From the IMG/VR virus record IMGVR_UViG_3300047444_000198, positions 1 through 64,000 of that record: DNA of 64,000 bases. One strand, written 5' to 3'. The stretch's first letter is position 1; every line of letters starts with the position of its first letter. The translations under genes were made by a program, and so were the position numbers. Of the stretch, positions 1 through 9,115 are shown in pieces. Source of the stretch: a virus. Below the pieces are notes generated by a model that saw nothing but the letters and a program-made list of their open reading frames with translations, was not told where the DNA came from and ran no database searches.

Positions 1-1114
1 GCACCGCAGGGGTGCCCGCAGGAGCCCGCCACGGCCCGACTGTGGCGTCCACCCGGGCGATCATGCCGATGACAGAGCCCGAGGGAGGCACGGTGATCGT
101 GGCCCCGGCCCTCGACGGGTCCGGCACCGTGATCCAGGGGCCGTACAACGCCGTGTAGGAGTCGGCGGCGCCCAGTTGCCCCGCCAGGGCGATGATGTCG
201 GCCTTGTAGTCGCCACCCGTCGCCAGAGCCAGGGGCTTGCCGTCCCACACCACGAAGCAGTTGTTGCGGCCGTTGGCGTTGAGCGCCGCCGCTGCTGCTC
301 CCGGTGCCGGGATGATCGTGACACCCGCCGCCGTCACGAAGGGCTGGAAGCCGACGATGAGCGGGCTGTCGATGACCCGCATGGCGTCGATGACAGCCTG
401 AGTGGTCAGGTCACCGGCAGCCGGGGTGCCGGGGTCCACGCCTGCTGCCAACTGGTAGGACCCAGCCGCAGGATCGACGTTGGTTCCCATCACCACGTTG
501 ATGTAGCGGGACCCGGCCAGCGGATCATTGATCGCCGCCAGCACCGGACGGGTACCAGGGACGCCGGTCATCGAGAGGTTGGAGAACGTCTCCAACAGGG
601 TGCTGTCAGAGAACCGGCTCACCGTCAACGAGAAGATCAGCTTCGGTGGCGTGGATGCGTCGAGCGTCTGCTGCGCTACCCGCACCACGAGATCGTTGCC
701 CCACTTGCCAGCACCGTCAGCATTGCACGTGAACGAGCTTCCGGCAGTCGGCGTAGTCACATCCGCGACCGCCTTGGTGGCGACCACACCACGCGCATTG
801 GTGGCCGCGGGACACACCCGCACGATCCAGCACTGGCGCCCACCGTTCTGGTAATAGTTGTAGACGGCGTGCGGGAGGTACGACATCAGGGTGCTGTCCA
901 CACCCGGGGCGGTGCCGTCGTGCACGGTGATGGTGTCGAAACCACCGAACTGCTGCACGTAGTCCGACCACGATGCGATGGGCGTGGCAACGAGAAGCGG
1001 CCCCTTGGCGGCAACGCCAGCGAAGACGCCGACCGCCGTGGCACTTCCGGCTTGGGTTGGTTGGTTCTGTAGCTGCTCTACCAGGTAAACGCCTGGGCGT
1101 CGAGTGTCACTCAC
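1..1114 (-). CDS. Tail sheath protein (5' part; runs off the window start)
   Basis: Manual translation from GTG at 1114: MSDTRRPGVYLVEQ...VGVFAGVAAKGP...PIASWSDYVQQFGGF, the typical sheath N-terminus. AGGAG upstream. Absent from the ORF track because it is truncated. Confidence 0.88.
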   Translation of the reverse strand, partial: MSDTRRPGVYLVEQLQNQPTQAGSATAVGVFAGVAAKGPLLVATPIASWSDYVQQFGGFDTITVHDGTAPGVDSTLMSYLPHAVYNYYQNGGRQCWIVRVCPAATNARGVVATKAVADVTTPTAGSSFTCNADGAGKWGNDLVVRVAQQTLDASTPPKLIFSLTVSRFSDSTLLETFSNLSMTGVPGTRPVLAAINDPLAGSRYINVVMGTNVDPAAGSYQLAAGVDPGTPAAGDLTTQAVIDAMRVIDSPLIVGFQPFVTAAGVTIIPAPGAAAAALNANGRNNCFVVWDGKPLALATGGDYKADIIALAGQLGAADSYTALYGPWITVPDPSRAGATITVPPSGSVIGMIARVDATVGPWRAPAGTPAV

Positions 1115-1183
1115 GAGATGTCTCCTGTGTTAGGTGTGTTACGTCAGGTTGAGTCATCAAGTGGTCCGTGCCTTCAGGCGGGC

Positions 1184-1999
1184 TCATCGTTCAGCAATGC
1201 TCTCCCACCACTCTGTGGGAGGGTGTGTCGTAGTGGACGGCGGCGTGTTAGCAGAGCCGGTCACCCACATGCCGGAAACAGTCTCCTGCATCCGGTACAA
1301 GAGCTTCTGGATGTAGGGCTGAAGCTCAAGATCTTCGAGGCGGTCCTGCGGAATGTCGGTCTGGATGGACAGGGTGATGATCTTGCGGAAGATGCGCCGG
1401 GAAGCGCCCTCCTGCGTAGCAACATCAGCCTGCGCCCAGTCCAAGAACTCCAGGCGCCGGTACACCTGATCAGCGGGCACCAGGAGCCACTTGGGCCGTG
1501 GCCCGATGACGTCTCGGATCATGCGCGCCGTCAGCATGCGATCGTGCACCGCATTGTTGGTCCACAGACCCACCTGGTAGTAGAGCCGGTAGGTGATGTA
1601 GTGGGCGCGACGGAAGAACAGGCCCGGGTACTGGTCCGCATCGATGCTGGGTGACGTCGAAGGGTCGTAGAGCCCCATCCTGACGAACGACCCCTCGTCC
1701 TCGATCTGCTCCGAGTCGGGGAACAGGTCGTACTCGCTGGTGTGCAGATCGTAGGCAGGCTCCACGCCGATCAGGTCGATCGTGGCGAAGGGGTAGGTGG
1801 TGGCATGGGCGGCGTCGGGGTAGCGGTACCAGACCCGGATGGTGTCATCGACACCCGTGCTCTTGGGGAGCTTGATCGCCCCCTCCAGGTAGGCCTTGAG
1901 CGCTTCCTCCTCGGCCAGGATGAACCCCAGGTGCTCGGGATACTCCGGGGGTGGCTGCGGAGGCTGACGAGGCCTCGTGCGGGGTGTCTGCGGCGCCAT
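1184..1999 (-). CDS. Putative tail completion/neck-associated virion protein
   Basis: 271-aa ORF immediately upstream of the sheath, coupled to its neighbour. Function from position only. Confidence 0.55.
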   Translation of the reverse strand: MAPQTPRTRPRQPPQPPPEYPEHLGFILAEEEALKAYLEGAIKLPKSTGVDDTIRVWYRYPDAAHATTYPFATIDLIGVEPAYDLHTSEYDLFPDSEQIEDEGSFVRMGLYDPSTSPSIDADQYPGLFFRRAHYITYRLYYQVGLWTNNAVHDRMLTARMIRDVIGPRPKWLLVPADQVYRRLEFLDWAQADVATQEGASRRIFRKIITLSIQTDIPQDRLEDLELQPYIQKLLYRMQETVSGMWVTGSANTPPSTTTHPPTEWWESIAER

Positions 2000-2364
2000 C
2001 AGTAGCCGTGCCTCTGGAAGGCCTCACGCATGGACCAGCCCATGTCCACCACCGCCGACTGGAGCCCCATGCGGATCAGCGGCGCCGGAGGGTGGTCCTT
2101 GGTGCCGTACTCAGCCTCGAAGGCCTGCTGGCGCAGAGCCTCGTCCCGCACGCCGAACTGGATGTTGCCCTTGGGGTCGGCCCACATGTCGATGGCGCTG
2201 GCCATGGTCGCCCAGCGGGGATGCGCCGCCGCTGCGTCTCGCATCCTGTCTCGCTGGGCATTGGCCGCACCCCACGTGACTTCCTCGACCAAGTCCTCCG
2301 CGTCCTGGAGAACGGCTTCGATGACGGCCACGATGTCATCGCCACCTGACACGGCCTCAGCCAT
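1999..2364 (-). CDS. Hypothetical virion morphogenesis protein
   Basis: AGGAGG before ATG 2364. Contains a FEAEYGT..PPAP motif loosely like HK97-gp10-type neck proteins. Confidence 0.5.
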   Translation of the reverse strand: MAEAVSGGDDIVAVIEAVLQDAEDLVEEVTWGAANAQRDRMRDAAAAHPRWATMASAIDMWADPKGNIQFGVRDEALRQQAFEAEYGTKDHPPAPLIRMGLQSAVVDMGWSMREAFQRHGY

Positions 2365-2454
2365 GTGGTGTCCTCCTGGTCTAGGCAACTGGGTCGGGGC
2401 CAGCATGGCGATCCGACGCCAGCACCGTACCAGGCTGCTGACTCAGCGGTTGAG

Positions 2455-2979
2455 TTACGCAGGCGCCGGGAAGATCGGCGGCGGGAAGTCCCAGATGTAC
2501 TCGTCCTCGGGGTAGGTCTCCGTGCACGTGATGCCCGCGATGGTGTCCTCCCGGATGCGGCCCCGGATCTGGAAGTTGTTCACCTCGAAGTAGCGCCCGT
2601 CGTAGTACACGATGTCGTTGAGCCGGTCATCGAACCACTTGGCGCCGATGAGCCCCCGGTCCCAGATCCGGTGGCCGTGCGCCTCCTGGAGCCCGATGCC
2701 TACCTCGGTGATGGCACGAGCCCACACGGAGAAGCGCAAGGTGACGACGTTGCGGCGTCCCTCGGGGAGGTACTGCTCCGGCGCCTCGCCCTGGTCGATC
2801 CACAACGTGGGGACGTTGATGCCCCGCTTGTAGACGCGCCCGCCCTCGTCGTACACATGGTCGTACTGAGATGAGTCAGCATCGAACTCGAACCAGATGA
2901 CGTTCTCACCGATCTTGTTGTGGTAGCGCGCCATCTCCCGCTGGATGTGGTTCGACTCACGACGGCTATCCAGAGCCAT
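2455..2979 (-). CDS. Putative head closure/head-tail joining protein
   Basis: 174 aa, beta-rich (DIVYYDGRYFEV), positioned between adaptor and tail genes. Confidence 0.55.
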   Translation of the reverse strand: MALDSRRESNHIQREMARYHNKIGENVIWFEFDADSSQYDHVYDEGGRVYKRGINVPTLWIDQGEAPEQYLPEGRRNVVTLRFSVWARAITEVGIGLQEAHGHRIWDRGLIGAKWFDDRLNDIVYYDGRYFEVNNFQIRGRIREDTIAGITCTETYPEDEYIWDFPPPIFPAPA

Positions 2980-3415
2980 GGAAGCTCTCCCCTCGGCTCT
3001 TGAGCTTGCCGAACTCCTTGATCTCGTTGGCCACGAGCGGGAGGATCTGCTGCTCGTGCACCTTCTCGTTGAGGGGTTCGGCCTTCACACGAGCCTCGCC
3101 GCGCTGCTCAGGTTGCTCGCCACCCGTCTTCTTGCGCCAGGCGTTCCCCATGTCCGTCAGTTCCTCGGAGTGGGGTGGTGAGCCCGCCGCCTCGTGCATG
3201 CGTCCGGCGATGCCCTTGCCCCGAAACTCCTTCTTCACGAAGATCGTGCCGATCTTGCCCGAGGGCTGGATGTCCATGAACCCGGCTGGGCGGCGGCGCT
3301 GGGTCCCCGTGAACGCCGCCGCCTCGGTGCCGAAGTCGGTCCCCATGGTGTAGATGTGGAACGTCGAACCAGGCATGTCCTCGGCTCGGAACTGCGGCTG
3401 GCCTGCGGACTCCAT
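2966..3415 (-). CDS. GNAT-family acetyltransferase-like protein
   Basis: Motif A-like IFVKKEFRGKGIAGRM. ATG 3415 overlaps the upstream TGA. Paralog of 61313..61720. Confidence 0.7.
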   Translation of the reverse strand: MESAGQPQFRAEDMPGSTFHIYTMGTDFGTEAAAFTGTQRRRPAGFMDIQPSGKIGTIFVKKEFRGKGIAGRMHEAAGSPPHSEELTDMGNAWRKKTGGEQPEQRGEARVKAEPLNEKVHEQQILPLVANEIKEFGKLKSRGESFHGSG

Positions 3416-4209
3416 CAGCCGCTCTGACCGAAGGAGGTCCAACCGCCGTAGGCCAGGCTGGGCGGCTCGGGCATCGACACGACTGTGGCGTCATCTGATT
3501 CGAGCGTGCCGTCCGGGATGGGCAGCAGGATGCGCTGCGGCAGCCGGGGATCATCCACCTCACGCTCCCGGATGAGTGGTACCAGACGGTTGGTCAGGTA
3601 GGCCACCCGGCGCAGCGTGAACTGCTCGAACTTGCCGAGGCCCACACCGATCAGGGCTGCCTCGTCCTTGTACTGCTGCGTCCAGAATCCAGCCATCTCC
3701 CACATCTGCTGGAAGCGCTGATGGGCCGGGATCATCATGCCCTCGGGTGTTGACACATCAATGTCGGTGGCGAACTCAGCCAGGAGTGACCACATGGCCA
3801 TGCTCACCGCTCCCGTGGCGATGACGTCACACTCGACGGCCGAGTAGTCCGCAACGTCCACCTCACGGTCGTAGCCGTGCTGGTTACTGACCACGCCCGA
3901 CGCGTACAGCAGGTCGTCGGGCATGAACCACTCGTAGTAGTACCCCGAGATGCCGATACCGTCAGTGAAGGTGCTCGGGTCCTTGAGCTTGATGAGTCCG
4001 TTGCGCCCGTCGATGGTGTAGGCGACACCGCCTGTGTTGTCCACCACCGTGCCGTCGCTCTGCCACACCTGCACTGACGCCGGGTCCACGTTGGGGTGCG
4101 GACACCGGATGGTGTAGATGGGCGTGGCCGTGTAGGGCACCTCGAAGTACTGCGGGAAGTCACGCAGCTTCATGCGAGCCTTGGCCGCGATCTCAGCCGG
4201 TGTACACAT
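3415..4209 (-). CDS. Putative head-tail adaptor/neck protein
   Basis: 264-aa ORF in the structural operon. Function inferred from position. Confidence 0.5.
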   Translation of the reverse strand: MCTPAEIAAKARMKLRDFPQYFEVPYTATPIYTIRCPHPNVDPASVQVWQSDGTVVDNTGGVAYTIDGRNGLIKLKDPSTFTDGIGISGYYYEWFMPDDLLYASGVVSNQHGYDREVDVADYSAVECDVIATGAVSMAMWSLLAEFATDIDVSTPEGMMIPAHQRFQQMWEMAGFWTQQYKDEAALIGVGLGKFEQFTLRRVAYLTNRLVPLIREREVDDPRLPQRILLPIPDGTLESDDATVVSMPEPPSLAYGGWTSFGQSG

Positions 4210-4372
4210 GCTCGACGTCCTTCCGTTCTCGGGCTTCCTGGAACGCCTGGCGAATCATATCCACCACAGCGTCCTCGTCGCTGGGATCGAGAATCACCGA
4301 CAGGAGCACCGGGCCGTAGAGAACTGTCAGCTTCATGCCCCCTGTCTCTGTTGTCTCAGCATGAATCTGCAT
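4193..4372 (-). CDS. Small hypothetical protein
   Basis: AAGGAG 6 nt before ATG 4372; fills a gap in the operon. Confidence 0.5.
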   Translation of the reverse strand: MQIHAETTETGGMKLTVLYGPVLLSVILDPSDEDAVVDMIRQAFQEARERKDVEHVYTG

Positions 4373-4383
4373 GGGGTGCTCCT

Positions 4384-7077
4384 TCATGGGTTCAGCGCTT
4401 GCCATCGGTTCCCGTCCCAGATCTTGGTATCTGTCTCCCATCGCGTGCCGTTCCACACTTCGATCGGTGGTGCACCCACCTCCTGCATTTCCCAGGTTCC
4501 ATTTCTGAACACGAAGACGCCTCCCGCGAACGTGACGATCGAGAGCGTGCCACCCTGAGCGGTACTGATCCCCACTGAAGCGCCAGCAAGTGCCACCGCT
4601 CGTACCAGAATCCCGCTGACGGTACTGGTGCCATCAGAGCGCCCCGCCATCTGCACGGTCCCATACATGGCCCCGGTGACCGTTGACGAACCATCTGAAC
4701 GTCCTGCCAGAGCCAGAGCCCGCACAAGGTTCCCTGAAGCAGTACCCGCGCCATCGGACTGGCCTGCCAGAGGCCGCAGCACAGACAGGGAACCAGTAGC
4801 ACCGCCTACACCACCACTGGTACCAGATAGGAACTTGGCGCCCTGCGTCATGTCCCCTAGCGCCTGACTGGTGCCATCGCTCCGTCCGGCCAGGGCACGA
4901 GCGACAGGCATCCCCGAAGCTAGACCAGTGCTGGTACCGTCACTTTGAGCGCCCAAAGCCCGCTGGACGGGCATTCCGGTGGCTGAGCCGGTGCTGGAGC
5001 CGTCGCTCTGGCCTGCCAGTGCCCGCTGGACGTCCAAACGGGAGGCGGAAGCTGCTCCCACACCTGCCGAGGTCCCTGCGAGCGCCAGAGCGGTCCCCAG
5101 AGCGCTCGTGGTACCGCCTACACCGGCCGAAGTACCAGCGAGGCCTCGGGCCACGTTGGTAGTGGGCGCCGTAGCACTACCAACTCCATCAGACTGGCCA
5201 GCGAGGGCGTAGGCCACGTTCATCGCGCCGGAAGCGCCACTCGTACCATCAGACCGGCCCGCCAGTTGTACGACACCGCCAGCCAGCGTCCCTGCTGCTG
5301 CCGTGGACACCCCATCAGATCGCCCAGCCAGCGCACGAGCCACCGCCATGGTCGGTGTCGTGATGCTCCCGACTCCCGCAGACGAGCCCGCCATAGCAAC
5401 CGCAGCGTTCAGCAGGCCCGATGCCGCACTCGTACCGTCTGATTGTCCAGCGAGAGCTACCGGACCACCGACGTGCCCAGCGATCCACTTGGCGTTGAGG
5501 TAGTTGAGGAGATTGGTCTGGTCGGTCGAGGTGAGCGCCGTGTTGTAGACGATCACGTCGCCGTACTGGCCGGTGAACGGCGACCCCCACGACGGCGGCT
5601 CGTTGCCGATAGTGATGTCCTGCACGGTGAAGTTGCCGTTGGAGTCGGTCGGGTTCAACGTGGATGGGACCCCATCCACGAACACCTGAATAGTTGAACC
5701 GTTACATACCGTCATGGCGACATGCCAAGCATTGATGGGCAGGTCGAATCCACTCTTGACGCCGTTGCGACTACACGACGGGAACGTGATCCCCAGGCCT
5801 GCGTCAGCCTCCTTGGAGAACAGCGCCATGTTCCCAGACCGGTTCCAGTCGCTGTCAGTTGTGACGCCCGCGCTCAGGGCTCGGATGTACTGCGGGTCGG
5901 CGGTGCGGTTGAACACGATGACAGCGGTGAGCGTCGGTCCAGCGACGATGTTGGTACTACCGTCGTACACCAGACGCTCAGTGGTGTTACCACCCAAGGC
6001 CAGAGTGGAATGGCCGTTCTGGTTGGCCCCGACTGTGATCGTGCCACTGTCAGGGAACGCGACCATGGTGTGCCCAGCGCCGGACTTGTCAGTGATCGAC
6101 GTGACGTTGCTACCGGAGGTGACGAGCGAGTCGGACGGGTCCCACCAGCCAATGCACCCAGCGATCTGTGTGGGGTCGAAGACAGAAGCAGCCTTGATCT
6201 CCAGACCACTCGCCATGTAGTTGGAGGCGGTATCCAGCCCGGTCCACGTGAAGGTGGACGAGCCACCCCCGTTGATGTAGGCGGTACGTGCCTCGACACC
6301 CCATGCTGGGTGCACTTCGTTGAGGCCGGTGAACCCAGTCGGCAGCGTCGAGACGACCACCGAGTTGTCGGCGTGGATCACCGAGAAAACGAGCGACGAG
6401 GCTGCCGGTGCCGCGCCGAGCGTGCAGACGAAGGTTGTGGGACCGGCAGATTGGCGAGCCGTCGTTCCGCTCGTTGCTCCGATCGGTGAGGACGCTTGGC
6501 CGTTGACCTCGGTGACGTCAGCCCAGAGGAAGCCGTCCGTAGTGGTGGTGATGGTCCCACCATCAGCCGTAACGGCAAAGTGAACGGTGCCCGACCCGGG
6601 CGCAGAACCCATGGGACAAGTCCAGATCTCGACCTGCTCCATGTATTGACCGTTGGTGGTGACCGGAGCACGGGTACAGGTGGCCTGTTTGGTCCACGTC
6701 CCCTTGCCTGTCGTTCCGAACGTGTCGGACATGGCCACCGTGAGGCCCGAACCGCCGATGCCGTCATAGCGAGCATTTGCTATCAGTTTCACGACGAGGA
6801 TCGAGCCAGCCGCAGGTGTGAACGCCGTTGACGTAGCCGCCATCGTGATGGTGCCGCCACTCGGTCCGGCCTGGAACGTCCCGCGATCCGTGGGTGTGAG
6901 AGCACTGACAACAGACGCAGGAGGCAGACCAGAGTTGACGGTCCGCGACGGGAGGCCAGCCCCCAAGGTGAACTCTAGATTCTCCAACCCATATGTCGTG
7001 GCCTCTGTGGCCACACCACTGAAGACTTGCGAACCCAGTGGCAGGGCGTTACCCGGAGTGGTGGCGTATCCGGGCAT
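4384..7077 (-). CDS. Large fibre/adhesin-like virion protein with LamG/ConA-like domain and about 15 LAGxSxG repeats
   Basis: GWWDPSD...WHVAMTVCNG..IQVFVDG...FTGQYGDVIVYNTAL resembles LamG. The C-terminal half is ~21-aa Ala/Gly/Ser repeats followed by a WNG-repeat tail. Confidence 0.7.
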   Translation of the reverse strand: MPGYATTPGNALPLGSQVFSGVATEATTYGLENLEFTLGAGLPSRTVNSGLPPASVVSALTPTDRGTFQAGPSGGTITMAATSTAFTPAAGSILVVKLIANARYDGIGGSGLTVAMSDTFGTTGKGTWTKQATCTRAPVTTNGQYMEQVEIWTCPMGSAPGSGTVHFAVTADGGTITTTTDGFLWADVTEVNGQASSPIGATSGTTARQSAGPTTFVCTLGAAPAASSLVFSVIHADNSVVVSTLPTGFTGLNEVHPAWGVEARTAYINGGGSSTFTWTGLDTASNYMASGLEIKAASVFDPTQIAGCIGWWDPSDSLVTSGSNVTSITDKSGAGHTMVAFPDSGTITVGANQNGHSTLALGGNTTERLVYDGSTNIVAGPTLTAVIVFNRTADPQYIRALSAGVTTDSDWNRSGNMALFSKEADAGLGITFPSCSRNGVKSGFDLPINAWHVAMTVCNGSTIQVFVDGVPSTLNPTDSNGNFTVQDITIGNEPPSWGSPFTGQYGDVIVYNTALTSTDQTNLLNYLNAKWIAGHVGGPVALAGQSDGTSAASGLLNAAVAMAGSSAGVGSITTPTMAVARALAGRSDGVSTAAAGTLAGGVVQLAGRSDGTSGASGAMNVAYALAGQSDGVGSATAPTTNVARGLAGTSAGVGGTTSALGTALALAGTSAGVGAASASRLDVQRALAGQSDGSSTGSATGMPVQRALGAQSDGTSTGLASGMPVARALAGRSDGTSQALGDMTQGAKFLSGTSGGVGGATGSLSVLRPLAGQSDGAGTASGNLVRALALAGRSDGSSTVTGAMYGTVQMAGRSDGTSTVSGILVRAVALAGASVGISTAQGGTLSIVTFAGGVFVFRNGTWEMQEVGAPPIEVWNGTRWETDTKIWDGNRWQALNP

Positions 7078-7080
7078 AGG

Positions 7081-7515
7081 TTACTCGTCGTAGACGAAGT
7101 ACCCCGAGAACGTCGAAGTCGAAGCGCCAATGTTCCACACCACCAACTCAGCCGGACCGGAGGGCACGATTAACCCGGTCGGGAACGACCAGATGATGCC
7201 CGCACCGATAGTGGCCGGTATGCCGAAGCGTCTGAAGTAGTTGGCGGGCACGGTGGGTTTGGTGGACGCCGCCACCTGGCCGGTGCACGAGGCCGCACCA
7301 GACGACGTGTCTTCCGCTTGTGGTGTCAGCGTGGTCGGCGTGAGCGAGATAGCAGCAGGACGACCAAGGCCAACGTCCGTGGCGGCGGCGGTACCACCTG
7401 ACATGTACACACCGATTTCCCAGATACGCATGTCCTTGGCTGCCGTCGTACGCATCCAGGCCAGCGCTGAGTTCGAGACACCGACGACGTTCCAAGCAAG
7501 TCCGAAGCGAGACAT
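7081..7515 (-). CDS. Hypothetical virion protein
   Basis: Start ATG 7515 (MSRFGLAW) overlaps the upstream stop; beta-rich. Confidence 0.6.
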   Translation of the reverse strand: MSRFGLAWNVVGVSNSALAWMRTTAAKDMRIWEIGVYMSGGTAAATDVGLGRPAAISLTPTTLTPQAEDTSSGAASCTGQVAASTKPTVPANYFRRFGIPATIGAGIIWSFPTGLIVPSGPAELVVWNIGASTSTFSGYFVYDE

Positions 7516-7811
7516 CAGGGCACCACCTCGTAGATAGCGTTGAACTCGGCGTCGGTGTAGGTGACCATCAGGTCGTTCTCGTTGCATACGACCCAGTTGT
7601 CGATCGGCACAGTCAGATCGCCCGAGGTCTGAACGCCATCGAGAGTCTGGACACCGATGATGAACTCGGTGTGGTCGCTGTCGGAGGCGAAGGACCAACG
7701 CACGTCGATGGGGACGGTGGCCGTCGCCATCCAGGTGTTCATCTCATCAGCGTTCGTGCCAGTCCATTGCAGAGCCTCGACCACGATCGGCTTCCGGCTG
7801 TACTGCGCCAT
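7515..7811 (-). CDS. Conserved phage hypothetical protein (RKPIVVEALQW family)
   Basis: N-terminal xRKPxxVEAxQW and C-terminal F..IYE motifs are common in phage small proteins. Confidence 0.65.
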   Translation of the reverse strand: MAQYSRKPIVVEALQWTGTNADEMNTWMATATVPIDVRWSFASDSDHTEFIIGVQTLDGVQTSGDLTVPIDNWVVCNENDLMVTYTDAEFNAIYEVVP

Positions 7812-8212
7812 CAGTCCTCGGTCAGAACAAGCTGCCCCGCGGCGAAGCTCGGCGTGTCACCGTTGAGCACCGGCTTGGGGGTGGTCAACGTGCCCCACAT
7901 GAGTTGGGTACCACCTGGCACCGTCGTAGCGAAGGCCACAATGGTGCCCCAGTCAGCAGTGGCCTGGGCGAAGGTGATGACGGCATTGTTGGACACCGAC
8001 CCCGCCGCAGGTGTCCCCCACTTGCCCTTGGAGTCCACCGGTACGTAGCTACCGCCTGTGACCTCAGTGCCCGTGGTCGAGTCGGTGGGTGCAACGGTGA
8101 ACAGCTTGACCGGCACCGTGGCGAGCGCGGTCGTGGTGACGAGGGTGGTCGCCTGGCCAGTAGCCATCTTGAGGACATCGATTTCCCAGGCGTCGGACTT
8201 GGAACCTGCCAT
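7811..8212 (-). CDS. Minor tail/fibre-associated protein
   Basis: LFT..P.D..GTEVTGGSY...N...ITF..ATADWGT pattern typical of small phage tail proteins. AGGAG SD. Confidence 0.7.
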   Translation of the reverse strand: MAGSKSDAWEIDVLKMATGQATTLVTTTALATVPVKLFTVAPTDSTTGTEVTGGSYVPVDSKGKWGTPAAGSVSNNAVITFAQATADWGTIVAFATTVPGGTQLMWGTLTTPKPVLNGDTPSFAAGQLVLTED

Positions 8213-8221
8213 GACTCACTC

Positions 8222-8446
8222 CTAAGGCTTGACCCAGATCATCCCCACAGTGGGGGCGACGGGTTCGGTTGCTGACACAACAACACCGCCAGCCGGACCA
8301 GGAGGACCAGCCGGACCTTCGGGACCGACAGGACCCGTCTCACCTTCGATGACGGGGGAGACGATGACCGGCGCTCCTGCGCCCCCAGGAACGATCACCT
8401 GCGGCGCACTGGTGCCCTGCACGTTGATGCGGACGGGGCTAGGCAT
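8222..8446 (-). CDS. Short collagen-like virion protein
   Basis: GETGPVGPEGPAGPPGPAG repeats and a C-terminal SATEP..GMIWV motif. Confidence 0.65.
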   Translation of the reverse strand: MPSPVRINVQGTSAPQVIVPGGAGAPVIVSPVIEGETGPVGPEGPAGPPGPAGGVVVSATEPVAPTVGMIWVKP

Positions 8447-9107
8447 AGGGGATCACGTGCCAGTTGCTCGGCGGGTAGAGATCCGGCTGCGTCACCTGCG
8501 TGTCCACCGTGGCCTTGCCCGTCAGCCAGGTACGGGTGGTCCACGCGTCCACCAGGAGCGGGTCCTCCCACTGCTTGGTCTGGAGATCCCAGAGGTAGTG
8601 CCCGGGCCAGATCGTGCCCCCAGTGAGCGTGACCATGGTCCCCGGCCCCAGGTTGCTGAAGTCGTCCAGGAACTCGGTAGTGATGGTGAAGGTCATCACG
8701 TACCGGTACCCGGGCCACGTGGGTGGCCACCAGTAACCGTAGTAGTACCAACCCTCGGCGCGCACCTGAGACGTCCACTGGGTCATCACCCAGGTGAGCC
8801 CGAGAGTGTCGGTGGGCTTCACATCGGTCCAGCAGACGCCGTCGAAGTAGAACTGGAACTCAGCGGTGTCCCCGGCTACCCAGTGCAGGTCGTACTCATC
8901 CGGGGTCTGGCTGGTCGAGCCAGTGCTGGCAGCGTTTGTACCTGTTCCCGAACCATTACTACCACTGACACTGACACCGGGCAGGAACGTGCTCGGGGGC
9001 ACAAAGTCAGTGGCGTAGGGGCTGATCTCAGGACCCTCTCCCCAGATCTGCACGCTCTGGCTGATCGGGGAGGGCGTGTCATTGAAGGTCTGCTGCTGGC
9101 TCGGCAC
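8439..9107 (-). CDS. Putative BppU-like baseplate/fibre attachment protein
   Basis: DLHWVAGDT..F...YLWDLQ...TWLTGK pattern. Confidence 0.5.
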   Translation of the reverse strand: MPSQQQTFNDTPSPISQSVQIWGEGPEISPYATDFVPPSTFLPGVSVSGSNGSGTGTNAASTGSTSQTPDEYDLHWVAGDTAEFQFYFDGVCWTDVKPTDTLGLTWVMTQWTSQVRAEGWYYYGYWWPPTWPGYRYVMTFTITTEFLDDFSNLGPGTMVTLTGGTIWPGHYLWDLQTKQWEDPLLVDAWTTRTWLTGKATVDTQVTQPDLYPPSNWHVIPYA

Positions 9108-9115
9108 AGGTCACC

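Noticed and set aside
176-1072. Long opposite-strand ORFs (for example 176-1072, 8229-9275, 52185-53123, 53079-54035, 58986-59951)
   Set aside because: These are antisense shadows of well-supported genes, expected from high-GC codon bias.
4500-5470. DNA-level repeat or diversity-generating region in the large fibre gene
   Set aside because: The repeats are protein-level LAGxSxG units with diverged codons; no template/variable repeat pair was seen.
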